A stretch of DNA of 18,776 nucleotides from Candidatus Eiseniibacteriota bacterium (GTDB lineage: Bacteria; Eisenbacteria; RBG-16-71-46; SZUA-252): positions 1 through 18,776 of the forward strand of contig JANMQV010000050.1 in NCBI GenBank assembly GCA_031370645.1, written 5' to 3'. This document shows, one piece after another, positions 7,330 to 16,779 of the stretch (position 1 is its first letter; the number at the start of each line of letters is the position of its first letter). Under the pieces are notes generated by a model. It searched no databases. It saw nothing but the letters and a program-made list of their open reading frames with translations, and was not told where the DNA came from. Position numbers and translations under genes: made by a program.

Positions 7330-10300
7330 GGCCGAACTTCCGGTCGGCGTCACCCCGCTGGAGCGGTTACTCCACTTCTCGGTGAAGCACCGCTGGGCGG
7401 TTGTGACCGTAACAGGCGCGTTGGCCCTGTTCGGACTCTTCAACCTGCGGCGGCTCCCGATCGATGCGGTCCCGGACATCACGAATGTTCAGGTCCAAGT
7501 CAACACGGTGGTCGAGGGCCTCCCGCCCCTCGATATTGAGCGGCAAGTCACGTTTCCGATCGAGACGGCGATGGCAGGACTCCCGGGCCTCGTGGAAACC
7601 CGTTCGCTCTCGCGCTACGGGCTCTCCCAGGTAACGGTGGTGTTCCGCGACGGAACGAGCATCTACTTCGCGCGGCAACTGGTGAACGAGCGCTTGCAGG
7701 AAGCACGCGAGGCCCTTCCTCAGGGGATCGCCGAACCGCGCATGGGCCCGATCGCGACCGGCCTCGGGGAGATCTTCCTCTGGGTTCTCGAAGTGTCGCC
7801 CGAAGCTCGGAAATCGGAGGGCGGCGCCTACACGGTCACCGACCTCCGCGAAATCCAAGACTGGGTCATCAAGCCGCAGATCCGGACGGTTCCCGGGGTC
7901 ACCGAGGTCAACACGATCGGAGGCTACCGGAAGCAGTATGACGTCCAGCCCGATCCTGCCCGCCTGCGCGCATACGGACTCACGCTCGAGGACGTGCTGC
8001 TTTCCCTCCAGCACAACAATCAAGCCGTTGGAGCCGGTTTCCTTCCCCGGAAGGGTGAGCAGTACCTCGTCCACACGGATGGAAGACTGTCGAAGCCGGA
8101 GGAAATTCAAGACGTCGTGATCGCTTCGAGAGGCGGAGTGCCGATCCACATCCGCGATATCGCGTCGGTCGGGCTCGGGCAGGAACTCCGCACCGGCGCG
8201 GCGACCAGCCACGGGAAAGAGGCCGTGGTGGGCACGGCCATCATGCTCTTCGGGGAGAACAGTCGCGCCGTCGCCGCGCGCGTCGCCGAACGACTCAAGC
8301 AGGTCAATCGATCGCTTCCGGCCGGAGTGGTTGCCCGCCCCGTCTACGACCGCACCAAGCTGGTCGACGCCACGCTCGAGACCGTGCGCTCCAATCTGCT
8401 CGAAGGCGCCGTGCTGGTCATCGCCGTTCTCTTTGCGCTCCTCGGTAACTGGGTTGCCGCGATCATCGTGGCACTCGTCATTCCCCTCTCGATGCTCGTC
8501 GCGGTGACCGGCATGGTGGAGGGGCATGTCAGCGCCAATCTGTTGAGTCTCGGGGCGGTCGACTTCGGGATCATCGTCGACGCGGCGGTCGTCATGGTCG
8601 AAAACATTCTGCGGCGTCTGAGTCTTCGCCAGCACGAATTCGGACGAATGCTCACGACGCCGGAACGCTTAGCCGAATGTTACGCCAGCGCGCGCGAGGT
8701 GGCCCGGCCCGTGCTCTTCGGTACGGTCATTATCATGATCGTCTATCTGCCGATCCTCTCGCTGACGGGAATCGAGGGGAAGATGTTTCGCCCCCTCGCC
8801 GGCGTCGTGCTCCTCGCGCTCTCCGGGGCGCTTCTTCTTGCGTTCACATTCATTCCTGCCATGGCTGCGCTGCTGCTGCGCGGCCGACTTGGGGCGTCGG
8901 AGAGCCCGGTCGTGACGCGCATTCGGCACGGCTACGTCCCCGCACTGAAGTGGGCGCTGGCTCACCGTCTTGGGGTCATCGCGGGCACAGGGGTGCTCGT
9001 CATCGGCTGCGCCTTCCTCGCCACACGACTCGGCGGAGAGTTCGTGCCCACCCTCGACGAACAGGATGTGCTCATTCAGCCCGTGCGCCTCCCGGGCATC
9101 AGCGTCGATCAGGCGGTTGCCATGCAGCACGGGGTTGAGGCGGCGATCGCCAAATCTCCCGAGGTGCAGGAGGTATTCTCGCGCCTCGGAACGGCCGAGG
9201 TAGCCAACGATCCGATGCCGATCAGCACCGGCGACACGTTCGTCATTCTGAAGCCCCGCCGCGAGTGGCCCGATCCTCGAAGACCGAAGACGGAGATTCT
9301 CGCCGACATGGAGGGGCGCCTCTCCCTCCTCCCCGGCAATGCGTACGAATTCACCCAGCCGATCGAGATGCGCTTCAACGAACTGATCGCCGGAGTCCGG
9401 AGCGATGTCGCGGTCAAAGTCTTCGGCGATGATCTCGATACCATGCTCACGACAGCTCATCGCATCGCTCGCGCGATCAAAAGGGTTCCAGGCGCCACGG
9501 ACATCAAGGTCGAACAGGTTACCGGGCTTCCCACCCTTTCGATCGAGATCGACCGCGTCGCGGCGGCGCGCTACGGCCTCAACCTCTCGGACGTTCAGGA
9601 AGTCGTGCGAACCGCGCTGAGCGGAACGCAGGCGGGTGAACTGTTCCAGGGAGATCGGCGTTTCCCGATCCTGGTGCGCCTGCCCGAATCGGCTCGGCGA
9701 GACGTCGCGGCGCTCGAGCTCCTGCCGATCCCCATCGTGGGAGGGCGGCATGCTGGTTCCGTCGGATCGGCCGACGAGCGCGTTGAATTCGTACCGCTCG
9801 GTTCCGTCGCGCGGATTCGACTTACCGAGGGGCCAAACCAGGTAAGCCGTGAGAATGGAAAGCGAAGGGTGGTGGTCCAGGCGAACGTTCGCGGGCGCGA
9901 TTTGGCCTCGTTCGTCGGTGAGGCACGCCGTGAAATCGACTCGTCCGTCCGAATCCCCGCGGGCTATTGGCTCGGCTGGGGGGGACAATTCGAAAATCTT
10001 GTCGCCGCGCGGACTCGGCTCGCCATCGTGGTGCCGCTGGCGTTGGTATTGATTCTTGCCTTGCTCGTCCTGGCCTTCGGGTCCGTGCGCGATGCGCTGA
10101 TCGTTTTCAGCGGGGTGCCATTGGCGTTGACCGGCGGCGTTCTGGCGCTGGCGGCACGAGGGATGCCCCTTTCGATCACAGCCGGGATCGGTTTCATCGC
10201 GCTCTCCGGAGTCGCCGTCCTGAACGGCATCGTGCTTCTATCGATGGTTCGGCAGCGGCTCGCGGATGGGGTCGAGGTGGAGCTCGCGCTCGTCGACGGA

Positions 10301-10510
10301 TGCGCCCGGCGGCTGCGGCCGATTCTCATGACGGCGCTTGTTGCGGCGCTGGGATTTGTTCCGATGGCCCTGGCGACGGGCACGGGGGCCGAGGTTCAGA
10401 GACCGCTCGCCACGGTCGTCATTGGTGGAATCATTTCATCCACGCTGCTGACGTTGCTGGTGCTCCCGGCGCTCTACAGCGCCGCGAGGCGCCGGTACCC
10501 GCCTCGTTGA
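7319..10510 (+). CDS. czcA: Heavy-metal efflux RND permease, CzcA/CusA family (CzcA-type)
   Basis: 1063 aa. LPIDAVPDITNVQVQVNT, TRSLSRYGLSQVTVVF, TM4 GAVDFGIIVDAAVVMVEN with the acidic residues typical of divalent-cation CzcA pumps, RLRPILMT and GAEVQRPLATVVIGG. Confidence 0.95.
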   Translation: MKTEAELPVGVTPLERLLHFSVKHRWAVVTVTGALALFGLFNLRRLPIDAVPDITNVQVQVNTVVEGLPPLDIERQVTFPIETAMAGLPGLVETRSLSRYGLSQVTVVFRDGTSIYFARQLVNERLQEAREALPQGIAEPRMGPIATGLGEIFLWVLEVSPEARKSEGGAYTVTDLREIQDWVIKPQIRTVPGVTEVNTIGGYRKQYDVQPDPARLRAYGLTLEDVLLSLQHNNQAVGAGFLPRKGEQYLVHTDGRLSKPEEIQDVVIASRGGVPIHIRDIASVGLGQELRTGAATSHGKEAVVGTAIMLFGENSRAVAARVAERLKQVNRSLPAGVVARPVYDRTKLVDATLETVRSNLLEGAVLVIAVLFALLGNWVAAIIVALVIPLSMLVAVTGMVEGHVSANLLSLGAVDFGIIVDAAVVMVENILRRLSLRQHEFGRMLTTPERLAECYASAREVARPVLFGTVIIMIVYLPILSLTGIEGKMFRPLAGVVLLALSGALLLAFTFIPAMAALLLRGRLGASESPVVTRIRHGYVPALKWALAHRLGVIAGTGVLVIGCAFLATRLGGEFVPTLDEQDVLIQPVRLPGISVDQAVAMQHGVEAAIAKSPEVQEVFSRLGTAEVANDPMPISTGDTFVILKPRREWPDPRRPKTEILADMEGRLSLLPGNAYEFTQPIEMRFNELIAGVRSDVAVKVFGDDLDTMLTTAHRIARAIKRVPGATDIKVEQVTGLPTLSIEIDRVAAARYGLNLSDVQEVVRTALSGTQAGELFQGDRRFPILVRLPESARRDVAALELLPIPIVGGRHAGSVGSADERVEFVPLGSVARIRLTEGPNQVSRENGKRRVVVQANVRGRDLASFVGEARREIDSSVRIPAGYWLGWGGQFENLVAARTRLAIVVPLALVLILALLVLAFGSVRDALIVFSGVPLALTGGVLALAARGMPLSITAGIGFIALSGVAVLNGIVLLSMVRQRLADGVEVELALVDGCARRLRPILMTALVAALGFVPMALATGTGAEVQRPLATVVIGGIISSTLLTLLVLPALYSAARRRYPPR

Positions 10511-10528
10511 CGTGTCGGGCAGTTTCGG

Positions 10529-10559
10529 TGAGGGGCGCCCTCGTGGCGGGCGCCCCTCA
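10529..10559. terminator. GC-rich hairpin between the convergent czcA and cph operons (possible bidirectional terminator)
   Basis: Perfect 12-bp stem TGAGGGGCGCCC / GGGCGCCCCTCA with a 7-nt loop. No U-tract on either side. Confidence 0.55.
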
Positions 10560-12263
10560 TCGCTTCGCCTGCCCCGCGGCCCCGAGCCCATCGAGTAGTT
10601 CACCTACTCCCTCCCGGTCCTCGTGCACCGTGAGGAGAAGCAGGTCTGCGGGCTTGAGCCACGCGTGCGCGGCGCGCACGGCGTCGAGCTCGCTCTCGTG
10701 CCGCGAGAGCGCTCCATCGCCTGCCCCGAGGGCACGGAATTCCTGCTGAAGCATTCCCGGCACCACACCCCGCTCGCGCCCGCGCAAATAGGTCTCGAGT
10801 TCCTTCACGAAGATCCGATCAGGGTGCATCGCCCAACCGCTTCGCGCCAATTCGCGGATCGATTCGTCGTCGCGGTCCCCCGCCTGGCCGATCACGAGGC
10901 CGCGGCGTGCGGCCGGCATCGCGGCCATCATGCGGGCGAGCGCTTCCATGCCGTGCGGATTGTGGGCGAAATCGACGATCACTTTCGCGCCGCAAACGTT
11001 CCAGACGTTCGCGCGTCCTGGATTGTGCGCGGGATCGCTAACGAACGACGCGAGGGCGCGTGCGATGGCGTCGAACGGGAGGTCCGCGGCAGAGGCGCCC
11101 GCGATCGCCGCCAGCGCGTTCGCGATATTGTGGCGCGCCGCGCCGCCGAACGTGAGCGGCACTTCGGCAAGGCGCGCGACGACGCGGCGTTCGGCGCCCC
11201 GCGCGAAGACGAGGGCGTCCCCCTCTAGCAGGCAGGCGTCCCCCCCGGTCGCGAGATGCGCCGCCACCTCCCGATGCGCCGCGTCGAGCGTGAACCAGGT
11301 CACCGGCTTCCTCAGCCGCATCCCACGCTCCAGGAGAAGTGGGTCATCGGCGTTCAGGATCACGCGGCCCTCGGGTTCGACGGCTTTCGCCACGACCATC
11401 TTCGCGTCGGCCAACCCGGCAAGATCGTCGATGCCGAACTCGCCAAGGTGGTCGTTCGCGACATTCGTGACGATGGCGGCCGTGACGCGAGGAAGCGGAA
11501 GTCCCCGTCGGAGGATGCCTCCCCGGGCGACTTCCAAGATTCCAATCTCGACGCGGCGGTCGCGTAGGACGGTGCGCGCTCCGTTCGGGCCGGAGAAATC
11601 TCCCTCGGCCACGACGTCAGCTCCGACCGTCACGGTGTCGGTCGAGGTGGTTCCACCCGTCAGACCCGCCGCCGCCGCCATCGCGCCGAGAAGCCGCACG
11701 GTGGTCGTCTTCCCGTTCGTTCCGGTGACGAGAAGCGTGGGAACGTCGTGCACCCACTTCCAGGCCAGTTTCGGAATCACCCGCTCGGACTCCTCGATGG
11801 GCCACGCGACGGAGCCCGTTCCAAGTCCGACCGAGAGGCGGCGATCATCCGCGAGAAGCGTCGCACCCTGGGCGTCTGCCGCCGCGGCGAGCGCGAGAAA
11901 CCACGGCTTTCGTTCTTCGTTGATCGCCGCGCGAAGGAGCGTGAGCGTGCTCTCCCGGTCGGGCGCCGGCGTTCCTTCGAACGCGGCCACCACGCACGAC
12001 CAGGCCGCCTCGTTCACTTCGGTGGAGGCATAGAGCGCATCCGCCGGCGCTCCGAAGGCGAGCATGATGCCGCGGGCGTAGGGTCGTGTGGCGATGGGAG
12101 CGCCGGTCCAGCCGAGCGCGCCGAGGTAATCGGTGAGCGCGCGTCTCCAGAGGCTCTCGGCGCGGCGCGCCTCGCCCCGGTCTACTTCAACGTCCAGAAT
12201 CGCCCCGGGGACGTCGAGCAGGAGACTCGGGCCGGTGAGCCGGCGCGAATCGAGGAGTTGCAT
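10557..12263 (-). CDS. Cyanophycin-synthetase-like Mur ligase protein (CphA N-domain-like + Mur ligase domain, no ATP-grasp domain)
   Basis: The N-terminus MQLLDSRRLTGPSL parallels CphA MKLTDSSVYLGPSI. Mur motifs VTGTNGKTTT, GDFSGP, LEVARGGILRRGL, TNVANDHLG, LNADD, NPGR, VDFAHNP and AGDRDD are present. Coupled to cphA by a TGATG overlap. Confidence 0.85.
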   Translation of the reverse strand: MQLLDSRRLTGPSLLLDVPGAILDVEVDRGEARRAESLWRRALTDYLGALGWTGAPIATRPYARGIMLAFGAPADALYASTEVNEAAWSCVVAAFEGTPAPDRESTLTLLRAAINEERKPWFLALAAAADAQGATLLADDRRLSVGLGTGSVAWPIEESERVIPKLAWKWVHDVPTLLVTGTNGKTTTVRLLGAMAAAAGLTGGTTSTDTVTVGADVVAEGDFSGPNGARTVLRDRRVEIGILEVARGGILRRGLPLPRVTAAIVTNVANDHLGEFGIDDLAGLADAKMVVAKAVEPEGRVILNADDPLLLERGMRLRKPVTWFTLDAAHREVAAHLATGGDACLLEGDALVFARGAERRVVARLAEVPLTFGGAARHNIANALAAIAGASAADLPFDAIARALASFVSDPAHNPGRANVWNVCGAKVIVDFAHNPHGMEALARMMAAMPAARRGLVIGQAGDRDDESIRELARSGWAMHPDRIFVKELETYLRGRERGVVPGMLQQEFRALGAGDGALSRHESELDAVRAAHAWLKPADLLLLTVHEDREGVGELLDGLGAAGQAKR

Positions 12264-15055
12264 CAGTCGGTGACTTCCGTCTCCCGGGCGAGGCGGACGC
12301 CACGCTCGTCGCGGATCAGGAGCTGTCCCTCGTCGAGCGGAATGTCCCCCGCGGCGGAATCGACGAACGCGGGAGTCCCCGCGGGCTCGCCGGTCGTGGA
12401 CGGGGCGTCGGCGGCGCGGAATCGAGTAATCTGGTTCCAGGAGCGGACGAGCGCGTCGGCGAAGATCAGCATGAGATCGCCCGAGCGCCCGCGGCGGAGT
12501 GCCGCCTCGATCGCTTCCTGCTCATCGGGAATCACGTCGATCGCCTGGGGCGAAACACCGGCCTCGAGAAGCGCCTCCCGGAGCATCTTCGGGACTTCGT
12601 CCCCCTTCCGGCCACGAAGGCCGTCGTCGCGCCGGCAGATGTACGTGTCGAAATGCCCCGCCGCGGCGCGGCCGATTTCCACGATGTCCTCGTCGCGCCG
12701 ATCCCCGGGCGCCGAGAGGACGCAGATCCGCTTCCCGCGCACGTCCATCCGATCGACGAGATCGCACATGGAGCGGACCGCGGCCGGATTGTGCCCGTAG
12801 TCCATGATCACCTTGAACGGATGGCGGTCGTGGACATTCATGCGCCCGGGCACCTGCTCGAACGTCGTGTCGAAGGTGCGAAGTCCCTGACGGATGTCCT
12901 CCATCTTCACCCCCATCGCGAAGGCGATCGCGGCGGCGAACATGGAGTTCTGGACGTTGTGGATGGCCCGTCCATCGAGTGTGCAGGGAATTCCGTGCGT
13001 CCAGAGAACCGGCAAGTGAAGTCCGCGGTCAAAGAGCGTGATCATGTTTCCGTTCACGCCTTCTTCCAAGATCACGGCGCGGCCGCCGGCGCGGATGTGC
13101 TCCTTCACAAGCGGGTAGTGCGACTGCGTGGTGACGTAGCAGAGGTTCTTCGCCTTCGTGTGGTCGGCCATGCGAAGGCAGTAGTCGTCGTCGGCGTTCA
13201 ACACCGCGGTGTCCTGCGCTACCTCCACGACGACGCGCTTCACCTCGGCCATCTGCTCCAACGTATCGACACCCCGGAGTCCGAGGTGATCGGCGCTGAT
13301 GTTGAGCACCGCCCCGACCGTGCACTTCCGATACCCAAGACCGCGGCGCAAGATTCCGCCGCGAGCCGTCTCCAATACCGCCACGTCGACACTCGGATCG
13401 CGGAGGACCATTCGGGCGGCCACCGGCCCCGTCATGTCCCCCTTCACGGTCAGTTGCCCGTCGATATAAACGCCGTCGGTCGTCGTGAGTCCCACGTGCC
13501 GGCCGCAAAGTTTCAGAATGTGCGCCACCATGCGCGCCGTCGTGGTCTTGCCGTTCGTCCCGGTGATGGTGGCGATCGGAATTCGGTAGGGCGTCCCAGG
13601 CGGGAAGAGCATCTCCATGACCGGCCCCGCCACGTCGCGCGGCGTCCCTTCGCTCGGGGCGACGTGCATGCGGAAGCCGGGCGCGGCGTTGCATTCGCAG
13701 ATGGCGCCGCCGGAGTCCTTATAAGAGCGCGCGATGTCGGGAGAGATGAAATCCACACCGCCAACGTCGAGCCCGATCGCCTTGATGGCGCGCACGGCCA
13801 TCTCCACGTTGTCGGGGTGGACGATGCCGGTCACGTCGATGGCCGTGCCGCCCGTTGAGAGATTCCCGGTCAAGCGAAGGAGCACTTGCTCCCCCTTCGG
13901 CAGCACCGTGTCGCGCGTGTAGCCCTTGTCGTTCATACAGCGCTGGGCCTGGTCGTCGAGTTCGAGGCGCGTCAGCACCTTCTCGTGGCCGATGCCACGC
14001 CGGGGATCGCGGTTCGTGATCTCCACCAACTGGGCGATCGTGTGCTCGCCATCCCCGACGACATGCCCCGGCACGCGCTCCGCCGCGGCGATCAACTGCC
14101 CGTTCACCACCAGCATCCGGTAGTCGCGGCCGCTCACGAAGTTTTCCACGATGACGGCGCGGCTATGCTCGCGCGCCTTGTGGAACGCCTCGCGCACGTG
14201 CTGCCCGTCCCGGAGATCGAGCGCGACGCCCCGGCCGTGATTTCCGTTGTACGGCTTCACTACGACCGGAAAGCGCAGCCGCTCCGCAGCAACGGCCGCT
14301 TCCTCCTCGGAGTAGACGAGTTTCTGCTGCGGCACCGGAAGTCCGAGGTCGCCGAGAATCCGGTTCGTCTCTTCCTTATCCGAGGCGATCTCGACGGCGA
14401 TGTGTCGCGTCTCGCTCGTGACGGTCGCCTGGATCCGCTTCTGGAAGCGCCCATGGCCGAATTGGACGAGGCTCTGGTTGTTGAGCCGAAGCCACGGGAT
14501 GTCCCGCTCCTCCGCCGCGCGGACGAGCGACGCCGTGCTAGGGCCGAACGCCCGACGCTGGGTGAAGCGGATGAACTCGTCGCGGGCCGATTCGAACGAC
14601 CAGCCGGGCGGAAGCGATCCCGCGGGACGGAGCGCTTCCGGCACGAGCGAGAGGAGGAGAAGAAGGCCGAGTTTTCCCGCCTCCACGCCAACCTCCGCTT
14701 GCTCGTATTGATAGACGATGTCGTAGACGCCCTTCGTCCCGGCGTCGCGCGTCTTCCCAAACGTGACCTTCGCGCCCGCCGCGTTCTGGAGTTCGATCGC
14801 CGTGTGCTCGAGCACATGTCCGAGCCACGTCCCCTCTTCCTCCGTCATGCGGCGGACGAATCCGCCCGGCTCGCCGTACGAGCAGCCGTGCTCGCGGAGT
14901 CCGGGGAGCGCTTCGAGGAGGGCGTTCACGAAGGTGGGGCCAAGGCGTACGGTCGGCCACTGCTCCAACTCGCCCAGGTTGACCGTGAAGCGGATGACGG
15001 GAAAGAGCGCGTAAATGCTGGGGCCAAGGTAAACGGAGGAATCGGTGAGTTTCAT
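12263..15055 (-). CDS. cphA: Cyanophycin synthetase (CphA1-type)
   Basis: 930 aa. N domain HGCSYGEPGGF...GTWLGHVLEH. ATP-grasp GPSTASLV, VVVKPYNGNHGRGV, GNLSTGGTA, ECNAAPGFRMH. Mur domain ITGTNGKTTT, LETARGG, DYGHNP, APGDRRD. Directly downstream of cyanophycinase. Confidence 0.96.
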   Translation of the reverse strand: MKLTDSSVYLGPSIYALFPVIRFTVNLGELEQWPTVRLGPTFVNALLEALPGLREHGCSYGEPGGFVRRMTEEEGTWLGHVLEHTAIELQNAAGAKVTFGKTRDAGTKGVYDIVYQYEQAEVGVEAGKLGLLLLLSLVPEALRPAGSLPPGWSFESARDEFIRFTQRRAFGPSTASLVRAAEERDIPWLRLNNQSLVQFGHGRFQKRIQATVTSETRHIAVEIASDKEETNRILGDLGLPVPQQKLVYSEEEAAVAAERLRFPVVVKPYNGNHGRGVALDLRDGQHVREAFHKAREHSRAVIVENFVSGRDYRMLVVNGQLIAAAERVPGHVVGDGEHTIAQLVEITNRDPRRGIGHEKVLTRLELDDQAQRCMNDKGYTRDTVLPKGEQVLLRLTGNLSTGGTAIDVTGIVHPDNVEMAVRAIKAIGLDVGGVDFISPDIARSYKDSGGAICECNAAPGFRMHVAPSEGTPRDVAGPVMEMLFPPGTPYRIPIATITGTNGKTTTARMVAHILKLCGRHVGLTTTDGVYIDGQLTVKGDMTGPVAARMVLRDPSVDVAVLETARGGILRRGLGYRKCTVGAVLNISADHLGLRGVDTLEQMAEVKRVVVEVAQDTAVLNADDDYCLRMADHTKAKNLCYVTTQSHYPLVKEHIRAGGRAVILEEGVNGNMITLFDRGLHLPVLWTHGIPCTLDGRAIHNVQNSMFAAAIAFAMGVKMEDIRQGLRTFDTTFEQVPGRMNVHDRHPFKVIMDYGHNPAAVRSMCDLVDRMDVRGKRICVLSAPGDRRDEDIVEIGRAAAGHFDTYICRRDDGLRGRKGDEVPKMLREALLEAGVSPQAIDVIPDEQEAIEAALRRGRSGDLMLIFADALVRSWNQITRFRAADAPSTTGEPAGTPAFVDSAAGDIPLDEGQLLIRDERGVRLARETEVTD

Positions 15056-15084
15056 GGTGCCCCCGGCGCGGACGCGAAGTGGCG

Positions 15085-15927
15085 TCAGTCGCCTTCTGTC
15101 GGCGCTCCGGTAGCGCTGGCGATCCGGGTATGGAGATTGAACGCGCCGCCCCGCACGATGACGTGAAGCTTCACGCCGATCAGGCTCACCGGCTCTCCGA
15201 GTTTCGCGGCGTCCATCGAGGAGTATTCGATACCCGACGGATCGACGATCGTGACCGCCCCGCTTCCCACGACTTCCAGTGTTTCATCCGGCGCGATGAA
15301 CGCGGCCGTGTCTTCATCGAGGCCGACACCGACGGCGAACGGATTGAAGGCCAGCGCTGTCAAGAGTCGCCCCAGCCGGTCGCGCTGGCGAAAATGCTGA
15401 TCGACCACGATGCGATTCGTGAGCCCGAGCCCCGGCGCCATCGTCACCATCCCCGCATGCGGGGTCGAACCCTCGTCTCCGTACGCGATCATGTGCTCCG
15501 AAAGAAAGGCCGCGCCGGCGGATGTTCCCGCCACGTGGACGCCGCGCCCGTTCATCACGCGGATCGCGCGAGCCGCGGTCGTGCCTCCGAGCATCGTGCC
15601 GAGACGAAGTTGGCTGCCTCCCGTGAGGAAAACACCGGTCGCCTTCTCGAGGATGGAGAGTTCCTCGGGATCCTCGCACTGCTTGCGACTCTCGAAGTGG
15701 AGCACCGAGACCTTGGGCGCGCGGAGCGACTTGAACACTTCCTCGTAGCGACGGCCGGTCGAGCGGAGTTCGGAGGCGGTCGGAATGACCGCGATGTGCG
15801 CCTCCCGCCCACCGCAAATCTGCACGAATCGCTTGAGGATGACTTCGGGGCCGACCTTGTCTTCGGCGCCCCCGATCGGAACGATGTAGCCGCGGGAGAG
15901 GTTGTCGGGTCCGGTGATCGGGGTCAC
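15085..15927 (-). CDS. cphB: Cyanophycinase (peptidase S51)
   Basis: IGGAEDK, IPTAS, FLTGGSQLRL, nucleophile motif GTSAGA, VDQHFRQRDRLGRL and GLDEDT. GTG start. Adjacent to cphA. Confidence 0.95.
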   Translation of the reverse strand: MTPITGPDNLSRGYIVPIGGAEDKVGPEVILKRFVQICGGREAHIAVIPTASELRSTGRRYEEVFKSLRAPKVSVLHFESRKQCEDPEELSILEKATGVFLTGGSQLRLGTMLGGTTAARAIRVMNGRGVHVAGTSAGAAFLSEHMIAYGDEGSTPHAGMVTMAPGLGLTNRIVVDQHFRQRDRLGRLLTALAFNPFAVGVGLDEDTAAFIAPDETLEVVGSGAVTIVDPSGIEYSSMDAAKLGEPVSLIGVKLHVIVRGGAFNLHTRIASATGAPTEGD

Positions 15928-15977
15928 GAGCGATCTCTCAAAAGGCCTGGGGGTCGATGACGTTAACTGCTAGGGAG

Positions 15978-16006
15978 AGAATAGCATGGCGGGCGCGGGG
16001 TCTCAA
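15978..16006 (-). promoter_or_regulatory. Putative sigma70 promoter of the cphB-cphA-Mur ligase operon
   Basis: Minus strand reads TTGAGA (16006-16001), 17 nt, then TATTCT (15983-15978) preceded by TGC (extended -10). About 50 nt upstream of the cphB GTG. The -35 overlaps the carbonic anhydrase stop codon. Confidence 0.6.
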
Positions 16007-16650
16007 GAGCCGGACGAGGTAACGGCCTCCCGGTAGCGGGCGGTGATCTGCGACTCCCCCTCGATGTCGACGCCGAGATCGCGCACGATGCCGTCCCGGA
16101 CTCCGTACACCCAACCGTGCACCGAAATTTCCTGCCCTCGCGCCCAGGCTTCGCGGAGAACGGTCGTCTGGCAGACGTTCACCGCCTGTTCGATGACATT
16201 CAGTTCGCAGAGCCGCGCGTGGCGGGCTTCCTCGTCGGGAATGGCGCGAAGGAGCACCTGGTGCTTGTCGTGAACGTCCTCGACGTGGCGAAGCCAATTG
16301 TCGCTGAGCCCCATCGTCTTCCGCCGAAGCGCGGCGAGCACACCGGTGCATCCGTAGTGGCCGCAGACGATGATCCGTCGCACGCGGAGAAGATCGACCG
16401 CGAACTGGATCACCGAGAGGCAATTGAGGTCGGTGTGGACGACGACGTTCGCGATGTTGCGATGCACGAACATCTCGCCCGGGAGGAGTCCGACGATTTG
16501 GTTCGCCGGAACGCGGCTATCGGAGCAGCCGATCCAGAGGTACTCGGGCGCCTGCTGTTTCGAAAGGCGCTCGAAGAAGGATGGGTCGTCGCGGAGGACT
16601 CCTTCGGCCCAGGACTTGTTCTTGGCCAATAGTTCATCAAGAGGCTTCAT
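16003..16650 (-). CDS. can: Beta-class carbonic anhydrase
   Basis: YLWIGCSDSRVPAN, GEMFVHRNIAN, VCGHYGCTGV (Zn ligands Cys, His, Cys), LCELNVIEQ and VHGWVY. GGGAG RBS. Confidence 0.95.
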   Translation of the reverse strand: MKPLDELLAKNKSWAEGVLRDDPSFFERLSKQQAPEYLWIGCSDSRVPANQIVGLLPGEMFVHRNIANVVVHTDLNCLSVIQFAVDLLRVRRIIVCGHYGCTGVLAALRRKTMGLSDNWLRHVEDVHDKHQVLLRAIPDEEARHARLCELNVIEQAVNVCQTTVLREAWARGQEISVHGWVYGVRDGIVRDLGVDIEGESQITARYREAVTSSGS

Positions 16651-16678
16651 GCGATCTCCCTATCGGAGGCAGGCGAGT

Positions 16679-16779
16679 TGGTGGAGACTGGTTTCGGAAT
16701 CGAACCGAACGACAACCCTTGCGGGGGTTGCCCAACGGGTTTGAAGCCCGCGGCCGGCGCCAGCCAGCGTGACCAGTCT
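16679..16779 (-). tRNA. selC: tRNA-Sec-like gene, anticodon UCA, with atypical acceptor arm
   Basis: Folded by hand on the minus strand. Acceptor (A)GACTGGT / ACCAGTC(T); 6-bp D-stem GCTGGC / GCCGGC with 4-nt loop TGGC; anticodon stem GCGGG / CCCGT with loop CTTCAAA (TCA at 16744-16742); long variable arm GGCAACCC / GGGTTGTC; T-arm TTCGG-TTCGATT-CCGAA; 3' end TCCACCA. The D-arm geometry, long V-arm and UCA are tRNA-Sec hallmarks. The selC symbol is provisional. Confidence 0.82.

Noticed and set aside
7367-15960. Long antisense or alternate-frame ORFs (e.g. 7367..8635, 8669..9988, 10930..12033, 12653..13858, 13886..15166, 15079..15960)
   Set aside because: They are shadows of well-supported genes in high-GC DNA and show no recognisable motifs.
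16651-16700. tRNA 3' end as an integration (att) site
   Set aside because: No duplicate of the 3' end and no integrase were seen in the window, and the downstream gene is a housekeeping carbonic anhydrase.
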